A stretch of DNA of 64,000 bases from NCBI RefSeq assembly GCF_016432865.1, contig NC_067399.1, positions 511,624,001-511,688,000 on the forward strand, in the 5' to 3' direction. The notes under the pieces were generated by a model. That model was not told where the DNA came from. It searched no databases and saw nothing but the letters and a program-made list of their open reading frames with translations. This DNA comes from Antechinus flavipes (lineage: Eukaryota). How positions within the stretch are numbered: the first letter of the stretch is position 1; each line of letters opens with the position of its first letter. Shown here piece after piece: positions 36,406-48,417 of this stretch. A program made the position numbers and the translations under genes.

Positions 36406-39400
36406 TCAACAAGAGACCTCCATAGTATGTCCTGGAGACCCTGAAGGAACAGTCCCAGACTCGCTGCTCTGAGAGACAGTTCGAGAACGGCCGCCATCAA
36501 TCGAAGCTCTACTGGTCAGGGAGGCAGTTCGGGATCGAGATAAACGGGTCATACAGGAAGAAGCCACTGTGGAGATGGGAGGCAGTTGTTATGAAAAAGT
36601 AGTTAAATGATAAAGGGAAAATAAATATCAAAAATAGGACTATCAGGAGAAAGGAGTTAGCATAGATAAGGAAGGCAAGGGCAAGAACTGGGGTATACTA
36701 GAAAGAAGAAAGACAAAGGGCTAATGACAGGAGAAAGAGGTCAAGGAGATTTGGGGCAGTTAACAGGAAAAGGAAGAGAGAGACATATTGACAAACTCCA
36801 GCTCCAGGCCCAACCTCTCCACTCCCCACACCCTCAGTTCTTCTCTTCTGAAGGGGACCCAGAATCCCCTTAATTCCCAGAATTCTTAACAAAAAGAAAG
36901 AAACCTTGATCTCCCTCTTCTGCCCCTACAAGTCCTTCATACTCACTGTAGCCCATGCCTTGAACAAAATACTTGAAGGCTTCAGTCAGCTTGCCTGGCT
37001 GTAAAGGTATGGTACAGAGGCAGTCAAGGAGCGTTGATTAATTCAGGCTTTGGGGACTGAAGGAGGCTAAACGGGGGCTCACAGGTAGCAGGGAACTCAC
37101 CTGAGTCAGCTGGGGCTGACCTCCAGAATCTGCCATCTGTTTGGGAGAAATTTACAAAAGCAAATGTCCAAATCAAACAAACAAAAGTTTGTCCAAGTTT
37201 GACAAACTCCAGCTCCAGGCCCAACCTCTCCACTCCCCACACCCTCAGTTCTTCTCTTCTGAAGGGGACCCAGAATCCCCTTAATTCCCAGAATTCTTAA
37301 CAAAAAGAAAGAAACCTTGATCTCCCTCTTCTGCCCCTACAAGTCCTTTATACTAAGTCATGAGATGGGAGCAAGAATATATTTCTAAACCCCTACTTTT
37401 CAAAAGAGTCCCCCTCTTTTGATTTTAATCAGTCTTTCTAACTTTATCTCACCCATCCCCCCATCTTCAGCTGGACAAGGTCAAGAAAACCAAGAAAGCT
37501 AAGACGAGAGAAGCTGAGGACTAAGAAACAGCAGGACTGTGAGTCATGGATAGGAGAAGGGGGTGGGAGAAGGGCAGTCAGAGTTGGGAGGGAGTGGTGA
37601 CTGACCTTGAGGAAAGAGGTCTTGGTTGGGTCCAGCTTCGAATTACATTCCACCTGATTCAGAGGAGACAAGATGAGGGAGGATCCCTAGCTTCTGAGAA
37701 TCTTAATTTCCCAACTCCTGAAGCAGGGCCCACCAAATGCCCCTCCAGGAGCCCAGAGCCCCATCCTTTTCCTACTGATTCTCAGCTCTCTTTTCTCCCC
37801 CAGGTTTGAAAACTTCAAGTTATATAAGATCACAGATTAAGAACAAGAGGAGACAAGACCTATGAAGTCACCTAATCCAACCCCCATTAAAATATAGTCA
37901 TTTGCCCAAGGTCACACAAGTGACAGAGCTAAGGTCTGAGCCCTGATCTCCCCATTCCAAATCAAGCACTCCTTCCTCTTCCACCATTCTGCCATTTTGA
38001 TACTGACTCTCCCTCTCAAAACAAAGCTCTGATATGCTTGCTCCGGAACCTAGAGATTAGGTAACCCCGTTAAGTCCACCACCCTAAGACCCAATTCTAG
38101 AACATCCCACTGACCACAGCATCTTCATAGGGTGCCTGGTCTCCCACCACAAGCATCACAGGACACCTAAAGGCACAATGATAAAGAGTAGAAAATTTGG
38201 CTGCCTCCTTGGGGAAGGCAACTGAACAATTGTCTAATGAAGGTGACCTTAACTGGAGATCATCCCCTATAACCCTCATCCCAACACCTACACTTCCCAT
38301 TTCTCAGTTTCAAAGAAGGAAGTCTAGAAAAGTGGTTTGGGGAGCCAAGCTGGGAGATGTGTGAAAACCAAGGGGAAATCTACACCACTCGTTGGCCAGA
38401 AATTTGCTAAGGTTTCCTATTTTCTAAGAGGTATGGGTACTTTGGGAAAATGCAGGGAGAATATCAGAGAGCATGGATCCTGGAAGATCTTACTTGAGGG
38501 TCGCATCACCCCTACGCTCAAAATGCAGGTCTCGGCGGCTAGAGGCAAAAGAAGAAAAGGAGGGGCTTTAACTAGAGGCATGATCCTCTCCCCATTCAGA
38601 GAAAAGTTACCATCCCCTGAGGTCCCCAAATATAAATCATTTCTGTGACTGAATCATGGGGAATGGAGAAAGTGATATGGGTTGAGCTTAATTGTTTGGG
38701 TCTCAAAAACCTGAAATAAGAGCGCCTCTGCATGGTGTGTAATGTATGGTGTTCTGGGTAATGCGGGAGGAGGCAGTGTGTGGTATGGGAAGGTTATGCG
38801 TGTGCTGTAATTATCTAAAAGCTGGGAAACCAGAAACCTATCACCACCTCCAAAAAAGGAATTCCTTCCATTCTTCCCAGCCTGCCCCAGGTGTAGCTGC
38901 AGTTGCAAAGGCACACCCTCCCATTACTTTTACCTGTTTTAATTGACCTCTATGTCCATCTCCCATGTGTATGCCCCAGCCACCCCTTCACTTTGTTCCC
39001 TTTCCATTTGCTGCAGTAACAGTGATGTATTTACTCAATCTCTGCCCCCCATACACACACACATAATGCTGCTCAGTTACTTGTTGTAGCTGTTCCAGAA
39101 GAGCTCAATGTTCTCTAGGTTGGGGGCATGCATAATAATATCTCGATACCGTTGCACCAGTTCAGAGTGACCAGACAACTCTTCCTGGAAAAGAGGAGGG
39201 AGGTAGGGTAAAAAGGAAGAAAAGATTCTGGTTAGCAGGGAAGCTATCATCCACCAGATGTCCCAGGAGCCCTTAGTCTTTCTTCATTTAGTCTTGTCTC
39301 CTCTAGGAAAGGGGATGAAGCTCCCAAGAATCCCTTGTTGTTCCCTCCACTCCCCAGTTGCCATGATTCCTACTGACACCCTAGTACCTGACTGAAGAGG

Positions 39401-42400
39401 TGCCCAAGGATCATCTCAGGGATGGAGGAGGTGAGGCCGGTTAGCTATAAGAAGAAGACTAGATAAGAGATGGCACAGGAGGAAGGGGAAATTCCCACTA
39501 GAATCCCTGGTGGAGTCAGAGCTCCCCACTTTGCTCCCACCAGCCCCCTTTCCTTTTTCACTTTGGACACACTTCTAATACAAAGCTTAAGAGAGCTCCC
39601 CAGCTTGGGGGAACATTCATCTGTATAATATATCCTATGATCCTTTTCTGCTTCCCTCCAGACATTCCACTTGTCCCTCCAAACCTTGTGGGCAGCCCAG
39701 TCCATCCAGCCCTTAGCATTGCAATCAATGTTGATGAGAACAAGACCTTCCACTACATCTGGGTTTGAAAGCTTAGGAATAATAAAGAGAAGAAAGTTAA
39801 AATCTCCCCTACTCTCCAATTCAGACCCCCTTCCCTAAATCCCCTGAATTATCTATCCCTCATCTTAGCATCTCCCCCTTTTCTTACAGCAAATCGAGAC
39901 AGGATATAGGCTCCAGCTCCAACCCCAACTCCAATTATGGTAGAGAAGCTGTGAGAGGAAAGAAAATTAGAGTAGAAGATGAGAGACAAAGAAGGAACTG
40001 TGGTGTTCCAAATCTCTCTTTCCAACAAGGGCTAAAATTCAAGAGGGGCAGAGAGAGCCATAAGGCTTCCAGGAAGCCAGGCCCTTTGTTCTTAGTATTA
40101 ACTTGCCTTCTGCCCTCTCCCCACCTTAGTCAGCTTGGAAAACCAAGGCTTCTAAAAGTCTCTGAAACCCCCTTACCCAGAAAAAGAAGAGATAAATCCA
40201 GACATGGAGAAAAGAAAACTGAAGGTAGATTTAAAGCAAGCAACAGGAAGAGCAAGAAAGTACTTAAGAGCAAAGAGCAGATTATCACAAATCATTCCTA
40301 TCTCTCATCTAAATTTTAATCCAATCCAACAGTGCAGGATTCCTTTCAGGATGACAGAACTTTGTACTCTGATAAGATATATTAATAATAATAATAATAG
40401 CTAACATTTATATATCACTCACTATGTGCCAGGCACTGTGCTAAGAGCTCTATAAATATTATCTCATTCCATCTTCATAACAACCTGGAAAGGAGGTGCT
40501 ATTATTATCCCCATTTTACAGATGAGGAAATTGAGGAGTTAAGTGATTTGTCTAGGGTCACACAACTATGTGTTTGAGGTTCAGTTTAACTCAGTTCTCC
40601 CCAATGCCAAGCCCAGGACCACCTAGCTACCATTAGTCTTTCTCCAAGCTGACTTCAACCTCTGGTCCATGGCTTTTCTTCCTTGTAGTATCAGGTATCC
40701 CTTGGACACCCCTTGCTCAAACTCTGACCAAGGCACATCTCATCTCAAGGAAGACACTAAGCAGAGATGACTCATAACATGGGTATGTACAACAATGACC
40801 AGTCCTTCTCCTTTTCACTTACAACAATTCAACTGTTCAGAGCTCCCTCCCTCCTTTCCCTAAAACCACAGGCACAATCACGCTAGGAGCCATCCTCTCC
40901 AAGGGTCAGGTGAAAACAAGAGTAGGCACCAAGAAGGGAAAAAAATCTGGATATGACTGACCAGAGGGTCTGACTGAGCAAAAACAAAAAGGGGGCTAAC
41001 CATAAAAAATTATTCCCCCAATTCACTGTGCCCCACCCTAACCTCCCATAGCTTTTCCAACTTGGTTCTATTTTTGGTTTTGATCCTATTTTGCATACTG
41101 AGAAGATAGAAAGAAGCACAGACTCTCACAGGCAGTGAAAACTTAAGACTTGAGATGAAAGGTGATACAGATACTGTGAGTGGTTGAGGGAAATGAGAAA
41201 ACCAGAGCTGGCCAATTCTGTGATGAACACAAAGAGGGCTAAGAACAGGACCGAGAACATGCAACTCTGCATACCAAGGACCGAGGGAGGAGGAGAGAGA
41301 AGGGGAAAGGACAGGTTCGTCTGGTTCCTCAGGATTTATGTCACCCCCTTCCCCTTTCCTTCTAGTTTCCTGATCATAAGGGGCCCCTCCCCAGCCTCCA
41401 GATCAAGAGTACTAAGAAAATTCTCAGAAACTCGGGACAAACATTAAACCTCTTTCTCCTTTTTCCCCTCCTCACCAACCTAGACACCCCAGCCAGACTC
41501 ATCTGTCTTGGTTCCACCCTCTGGAACCCAACTTAAATCTCTAATCATCTTCATTCACCCCCAACAATAACCATCTATAAGATGTGAATGTGGATGGGAG
41601 AGACAAAATGTCCAAGACTAGAAATCATAACTTGGGATGGAAGTTAGGGAGGGAATACTTATTTTAGTGAGGGGAAGAGAAGAATCCCCAGGTGACTCAC
41701 TTTAAGTATTGCAGTATTGCAGGGATCATGTCTGCAAGCTGGTCCAAAGATGGATACTGGTACCTGAGGGAGATGGAAATGTTAAGGCTTCTGAAATTCC
41801 TAATATCCTACCACCTCTTATCCCCCGATGACCATCTCTTCTTCCCCTTTCACTTCTGCCAGCTATTGGTCCTCTGTCCTCCCCTATTTGTTTATAAGCA
41901 GATTTCTGGTTATCATAAATTGAAAGGTTCTTACCCCAGAGGAAATACAGGTGCTCCATCCTCCATGCCAGGGGCCTCCACATGAACACGAACAAAGTTC
42001 TTGATAATTTCCTGCATGTCTCCGAAATCAAACAAGGGCTTGAAGCAAGTCTTATCTGAGGAGATTCCCCCAAAAAACCAGTCACACAGAGAAATTAATC
42101 AGGGAGAGAAAATCCCATGAACCAGACCCCAAACATTTTCCCAAGAAAGAATCAGACGGGAAGATCTTCTTGACAGCCCCAGTGCCTCCATGTTTGTTCA
42201 TCTCTACCCCTTCCTACTAGGGCTACCTGTTCCCCTGACCTCTTCCCTACATGGAGGAAGAGGTCTCAAAGGGAGTATGCTGGGAGTAGAAAGAGGGGCT
42301 TAGATTGGAGATATCAGTATCAGACATAGTCCTATAACAAAGGAGAAAGTAGGCTGAGAGTGAGGATATATGAAGAATTCTAGAGGAACTACTTACAATT

Positions 42401-43350
42401 GAGTCCTACATCATGGTAGGTGAAGATCGCTGGACGCTTGGGTTTGGGGGTGCCATAGACAGTGAAAGTGACGGAGCCATAGGGGGTCTCCACAGAATGA
42501 GTCTGTGAGGAACAGAGATCAGAGTCAAGATGGAGTTAGACAAAGAGGACAGAAGTCAAGGAGAAAGTTCAGATCAGGGTTGGAGGACAGGGAAGAAGAG
42601 CAAGAGTGAAAGAAATGAGATCAGAGCACAGGAAGAAAATTACATCCGAGAAAGTTAAGGTTGAGGATTTAGTAACATGGAAAATCAATATGGGGATGAA
42701 TCAGATTAAGAGAAAAATTAAGAGAACCAGTGAGCTCCAAGAAAGTAAGTAAAGAGAAAATGGGGAGAGGGGAGAAAGGGGGAATGGAACCTGTTATGGT
42801 AGGGAAAAAAACAGAAAAGGAGAGGGAAAGGAAGTAAAGAAATCAAGACTGACTGGAAGCTTCTCTCTAATTACCAAGGGGAGAGGGAGTATGAATCCCT
42901 ACCCTTCCCACCCTGGGTCTACCCCAAACTGTTACCTGTCCTTGGTCCAAGAGAATTCGGGCAGCTAACTCAGCCTCCTGGAGAGATACACAGAGACACA
43001 GACAGAGCCATGGACAGCAAGAGATATAGACAGAAAGAGAGGTGAAGATGGGTAGACAAGATCAACTCAAAAACAAAAGAGATAAAGAATTGACAGAGAC
43101 AGAGAGAATGGTGGTTAGTGTGGGGAATGGTGTTAGGGGCATGGGCAGAAGGCTACCAGCACAGGGATGGGGACTAGACTCCAAGCAATGATGTTGGGGA
43201 GGAAAGAAACTAGGGTATAAATCAAGGGAAGGGTTTTCATGTCTAGTATTTGGGGATCAGAGGGTATCCAGAAACCTTGGCAGCTTCAGGAGTCTGTCCT
43301 GGTAACAGTGGTTTCTCCTCAGTAATATGCACCTCCTGTAACTCCGCCAT
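36406..43350 (-). CDS. NDRG2: N-myc downstream-regulated gene 2 protein (alpha/beta-hydrolase fold), 369 aa long isoform
   Basis: Fifteen GT-AG exons: 43276-43350, 42936-42977 (42-nt in-frame cassette), 42397-42502, 41935-42055, 41701-41763, 39888-39948, 39685-39771, 39388-39444, 39081-39184, 38494-38538, 38115-38166, 37606-37653, 37101-37136, 36947-36998, 36406-36566 (1110 nt). Runs from [16 protein letters not shown] (gccaccATGG Kozak) to TMEVSC*. Confidence 0.98.
36788..37354. repeat. 156-bp direct repeat pair (36788-36943 and 37199-37354), 155/156 identical
   Basis: Base-by-base comparison shows a single c/t difference near the right end. Confidence 0.97.
37815..38000 (-). mobile_element. 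MIR fragment (NDRG2 intron)
   Basis: catttgcccaaggtcacacaagtgacagagctaagg and ccaaatcaagcactccttcc. Confidence 0.6.
40390..40632 (-). mobile_element. MIR (near full length, NDRG2 intron)
   Basis: taatagctaacatttatat..gtgccaggcactgtgctaag, ccccattttacagatgaggaaattgagg, agggtcacaca. Confidence 0.9.
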
Positions 43351-44140
43351 GGTGGCCTGAGAAGATATGAGGTAAGGGAGGAGAGAAAATGGGAGTTAGT
43401 GAGAATTTAATTCTTCTTAGAAACTGCTTTTTCCCCCACACCTTGGTCTGTCCCAAAATATCTGTCCGTGACATCCCCTTCAAAACTATCTTCTCAGAAA
43501 ATGGAACAATGCAATAAGACTTGGAACATGTGAGGATGAAATCCATTAATATGACATGGATAAATCCTAGCCACATTTGACATTTTCTCATAGACTTACA
43601 AGGTGGGAAACTTGGAGATATGGGTAAAGACTCCAGATATACTACACTACTGCCACCAATCCTTCTTTTTCCTCTCCTCTGTCCAGGACAGAAATACCCA
43701 GGGAGGGGCAGTGGGACAGCTCATGTTTCCTGAGCCTATATTTAGGGTCTACCCCCTCCTTCCTCCACCCTGGATCAGAGGCTGCCCCCAGATGCAGGGG
43801 AGTGGGATTGATGGGCTCTAGGAACCAAGTAGTCCAAAGGTGCAAGGTACAAGGAAGGAGAGTCCATAACTGATTGTGACCTTCAGTTCCCTGCCCCCCA
43901 AGGTCAATGGCTAGAAAAAGGGATCAAAGTGCCCAGAACAACAATAACCAGAAAGGAGGAAAAGGTTGAACTTTTGGGGGACATAGACCTCTACCTAACA
44001 CCATTCCTTACTTCCCTCTACGAATGGTCCATGAATAATAAATTCATATGCCAACTTAAGTGGATTATTGGGGGGGAAGGTTAAGAAAAACAGATAGAGT
44101 AGGATCAGCTACAGAGAGGGCAGTGGGTGGGGTCACTTAC

Positions 44141-44209
44141 TGGATTCTTATTGGCCAGATGCAGCCGGGTTAAGGGTGACTGGGTTCTCACTCTTTTCAG
44201 TCCAGGGGT
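44141..44209 (-). other. NDRG2: Probable NDRG2 5'UTR internal exon
   Basis: Minus strand tatctcttcag|acccctggac...gaatcca|gtaagt: strong acceptor and consensus donor, lying between the CpG-island exon and the first coding exon. Confidence 0.6.
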
Positions 44210-44819
44210 CTGAAGAGATACAGAGAAGAGGTGAGTGACCCCAGGGGCAAGACCTTGGCATTTTAGGGAGGGAAGCCTCAACTAGGCCCAACATTACTGA
44301 CTATTTTCTTCTCAGAGACCCTTATGATGGCAATAAGGTTTCCTCACCCAATTACTATAATCTCAAACCCAAAGATAGTCTTCCTTTCTTCCTTTTCAGG
44401 AGTTCTGACCCTAGTTTTTTTATTTTTTTTTTTCTGGATTTTTTAAGGACCCAGTAAAGGAATGGGGGTATGAGGAAAAAGTGCAAGGTCTTGAGGGCAG
44501 AGGGCACAAGAGCATCCGATGGAAGTGTACTTATTAAACACCTACTCTGTGCCAGACTTTAAACACTAAACTGGATTCATGATGCGTAGGGGGTCTAATC
44601 ACTGCTCTATGCACCATTAATTAGACAGGAGACTCTAGGTAAACCATTCCCCACTCTTCTGTCTGTAAAAAAGGAGAATTGGTCTGGAATAGATGTTCCA
44701 TTCCAACTCTAAAATCCTTTGGGTAAGAATGGGATAGAGTAACCCATTCTCTTAGCTACTCTCAAAGGCCATTCTCTCTCGCAACCTTCAATCTATGTCA
44801 GTGCTGAGAGGAGATGGGA

Positions 44820-46400
44820 AGCGAGCTGGGGTCCCAGGGAGTCCGCCCACACTGGCGCCAGATCTAAGTCTGGGGTCTGGGAAGTGGATCCTCCTGCTTC
44901 CCCTCGCCCTCCGAGGCCAGGCTCCGCTTAGCACCCGAGACCCGTTCCCGCGTGCCCGGACACGCTGCCCATTCATGTGGTCGAAGCCACCTACTCGTGC
45001 CTGACTTCAGACGGCCAGGTACGGCGCAGCCAGGCTCACACACGCCCGGCGGAGCGGAGAGGAGCGCTTTGTACTCTTCACCAGCGGCAGCCCAGCTCAG
45101 CCCCCGCTCCCGCCCTCCTCGCAGGCCCCGCTCCGAACCCGCGGGCCCCAAGCACGCACTCGCCCTCCCTCTCTCGGGCCACACGCAACCCACCAACTCC
45201 CGGGGCAGGGGCCCGCCCCTCCCCCTACCTGCTGCCGCGATCTCAGCCACAGCTTCCACCTTCACTCGTCTTTGACTCCCGGGCCCGCCCCAACTCCCCG
45301 CCCCCATAGACCCGCCCAACAAACGCTCGCAGCTGGACAGCTTCCCCAGCCTCTCCAGGACCCGCCCGCTCCTAAAACCCGCCCCAGAAGCCCCCCAATA
45401 AACACGCCCTTCCCGTTTGACCCTGCCCCAGATCTAGTGCACCCCCACCAGGGTGGGGTCAAAGTGAGGGTCCCGGGCGGCGGCGGCGGGAGGAGGACTG
45501 TACAGTACTGCCAGATTGGCAGGCGCTCCACTTCAATCTCCCCTCGACAATAATCGGGCAAGAACGAGAGAGGGAGGGGGAATCCAGGAGGTGATGCCCC
45601 CTACCAAAGTCGTGGGCAGGCCCCCACCCTCTCTCCTGACACCTGCTCTTCCTCCCCAACCTCCCGGGTTCCACAGTTTCAACTCTAGACCTCTTTCCCT
45701 AAGTCCTCCTCCCCGGCCGCCCCCTCCCTCGGTTATCCTGTGTCTCTCCGGGCAGGGGTTTTGCAGGACCCTACCCCCAGCCCCAAAACACCAGGGCTTT
45801 TCCCCAAAGGCGCCTGAGTCAGAAGAGAGCGAGCAGAGGTGGAAGGGGAGACGGATCGGAGCTGAAGAGGAGGCGGGGTGGGCTCAGAGGAGAGGAGGGG
45901 AGGCTCTGGGTCAGGAGGCCTCGGAGAGCCTCGGGAGGTCCAGCCCCGGGGTGCCTGGGAGGAGGGGGGGGGGGGTCCTGATACCTCTGTTCTCTGCGTC
46001 CCGAGGTTGCCTACTCTGCTCCGGAGCGAGTAGTTGGAAAACAAGCCCGGGGGGGCGGGGAGCACTGAGGGCCGCTATAAATAGAGCAGGGGGCGGGGGG
46101 TTGGGGGGTGGCAGAGGGAACAGTGAGGGGGGAGACGGGGACTGGCCAACGCGGACTCCAGGGTCATGGCCCCAGGGGGGCGGGGGGAAGGGAAAGCTGG
46201 GGACCCCCAGAGGCTCTGACTCCTGGGTAAACAGGCTTGGGGGCGGGGTTAACCCCGTGGGTGGGGGCTAGGGGGAGTACACGGTGTCCCGGGCTGGGGC
46301 CCAAGAGACCCCGCTGTGGACTGAGCTAACCCCTCCTTGCCCGGCCCAAAGACTGGGAGACACCGAGGCTGCCCAGCACTGTCCCGGAAAGGGCAAATCC
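44820..46400. promoter_or_regulatory. CpG island / NDRG2 promoter region
   Basis: Visibly GC- and CpG-rich against an AT-rich background, with many Sp1 boxes and G-runs. Confidence 0.85.
45229..45290 (-). other. NDRG2: Probable NDRG2 non-coding first exon
   Basis: Minus strand ggagtcaaagacgagtgaaggtggaagc..gcagcag|gtaggg, preceded by several GGGCGG boxes (45284-45340); resembles the recalled human exon 1. Confidence 0.65.
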
Positions 46401-48084
46401 TTTCGGATTTATATCCCTTGCATTGCCTGTCTGTCGGTCTTCCTGGGCATCCCTGGAGGACCTGCGTTACCTCATCCCCGCCCCTCTTTCAATGTAGGTC
46501 ACTTATGGTTGGGGCAGGGTGGGAGGTTGCCCTGGGCATGAGGCAGGCCCGGCTTGAGTGCGCCTACCCATCTCTTGCCAACCCGCAAGCTCCCCCAGGA
46601 CTCTCCAGCCCAGCCTAGCCCACCCCCATTTCCATGCAGCCTGGTTTCCGAGACACCATTTAGGGGCCCCCGGCACTGAGCCAATTGGAAACAATGACCA
46701 ATGGAACTAAAGCTGCCAACTGTAACGCCTGCACAGACCAACCCCCTTCACTTCCCCAGACCCCCAAACTCACCCCCCAAGCCTGGGAACTACGGCCTCC
46801 CCCTCCCTTTTCCAACTCCCCCAGGGAACATCAATGCCCCTTTCATCCTCACTTGGCAGGGGCTTCAGGACGGAAGGAGGGGCTGGGTAGGAGAAGGCTC
46901 TGAGAGAAGGATCAGGCCAGGATCACTTCAAAGCCCCCACTTCCCTCCCCCCCCCAATCCCTAGAGGCATCAGACACATACACCCAGTTCTCCTAACACC
47001 CCACAACCTCTTTTCTACACCCTTCCCCCTACTTTGTTCACCATTATCCATCAGGAGCTGGGCACGGAACCCAGGCAATCTGGCCTCCAGCCCAGTCCCC
47101 TCTCCCCTCCAAACCCAGGGTTTAACCCGATTTTAGTCAGAGAGAGAGAAGGCAGCTGGGCCTACAACTATAGTTGTGAACAAGAAGGTGGGTGGCAAAG
47201 AATTTTGTTGTAGACCTCCTCCATGCTGAGATGGAGGGAACTAAGAAGGAGGGGGTCTTCTTTAGCAGTAACAGGAAGTTGCTTGAAATCAGCACTTACT
47301 ATATAGACCGGAGGGAAAGGAATATAAACCTTTCCTTAGAAGGAAAAAAAGAGTTTATAAGTCTGCTCTCTAGGTTGAAAGCAGTAATTCACAGCCAATA
47401 AACTTAGTTATAATGGCAAAGAATCCTTACATTCATAAATAAACAAATGGCTATTTGAAGAATAATTCTATTGCAATTAACAAAATACAGATTCATTTTA
47501 AAGTATTATTGAAACTATAATAGTTTTTTTTTTAGATCATCATGTATTTTCCCAATCTGTTTTATTAATCTGCTATCATATTAGGGTCCTCAATCTTGAA
47601 TTAGACTGGAAAGTATACACTGGTCTACTAATAGTCATAGTTGAAGGGAATGGAGGAGGGGAACTAAGGAGGGAGAGGTGACCTGGGAGTTCCAACATCT
47701 ATATTCGTCTCTGGGTCAGAATGACTCAGGGAGAACCTGATAAGGGGCCTAGGGAAGAGAGGGGAGGGATGAGCAGGAAATTTCCACTAGCGATTTGGGA
47801 TGGTTCCCAGAAAGTGGGGTCCTCACCTTCAAGGAAAAGACAACTGTTCTCTTGAGAGAGGATTCCTTGTCTGAGGTAAGCTTTTGCTAGGAAGGGAACA
47901 GCTAAAATCAAGGATGCTTTTCATTTAGTTCCTTTAGCCATAAATTCAACAATCTAAGCTTATCTCACTTTAATATACATTTACTAAGATCCTACTATAT
48001 AGTGAACTGAACAGAAAACATTTTGAAGAAGACAATTTCAATCAACAAACTTGAGTTAAATTTATACTGGCTCTCTACAATACA

Positions 48085-48283
48085 AGTAACTGGTTGTTCA
48101 ATTGTTTTCAGTTGGGTCCAACTCTTGGTGACCCCTTTGGGGGTTTCTTAGCAAATAAACTGGTGTGGTTTGTCATTCTCTACTCCAGCTCATTTTATAG
48201 AAGTAGAAACTGAGGCAAATTGGGTGAAGTGATTTGCCCAGGGTCATACAGCTAGTTAAGGGCCATTTGAAGTGTTAAAGACA
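48085..48283 (-). mobile_element. CORE-SINE (MAR1-like), truncated by the gap
   Basis: gttgttcaattgttttcagttgggtccaactc, gggtttcttagcaaa, gaaactgaggcaaa, cagggtcatacagctag. Confidence 0.75.
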
Positions 48284-48417
48284 NNNNNNNNNNNNNNNNN
48301 NNNNNNNNNNNNNNNNNNNNNNNNNNNNNNNNNNNNNNNNNNNNNNNNNNNNNNNNNNNNNNNNNNNNNNNNNNNNNNNNNNNNNNNNNNNNNNNNNNNN
48401 NNNNNNNNNNNNNNNNN
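48284..48417. other. Assembly gap (134 N)
   Basis: Run of N. Confidence 1.

Noticed and set aside
45516-46271. 251-aa plus-strand ORF and other 90-150-aa ORFs at 44800-46960
   Set aside because: Pro/Gly/Arg-rich low-complexity products expected from a stop-poor CpG island; no recognisable domain.
47164-47177. 14-bp perfect palindrome ACAACTATAGTTGT
   Set aside because: About four are expected by chance in a window this size.
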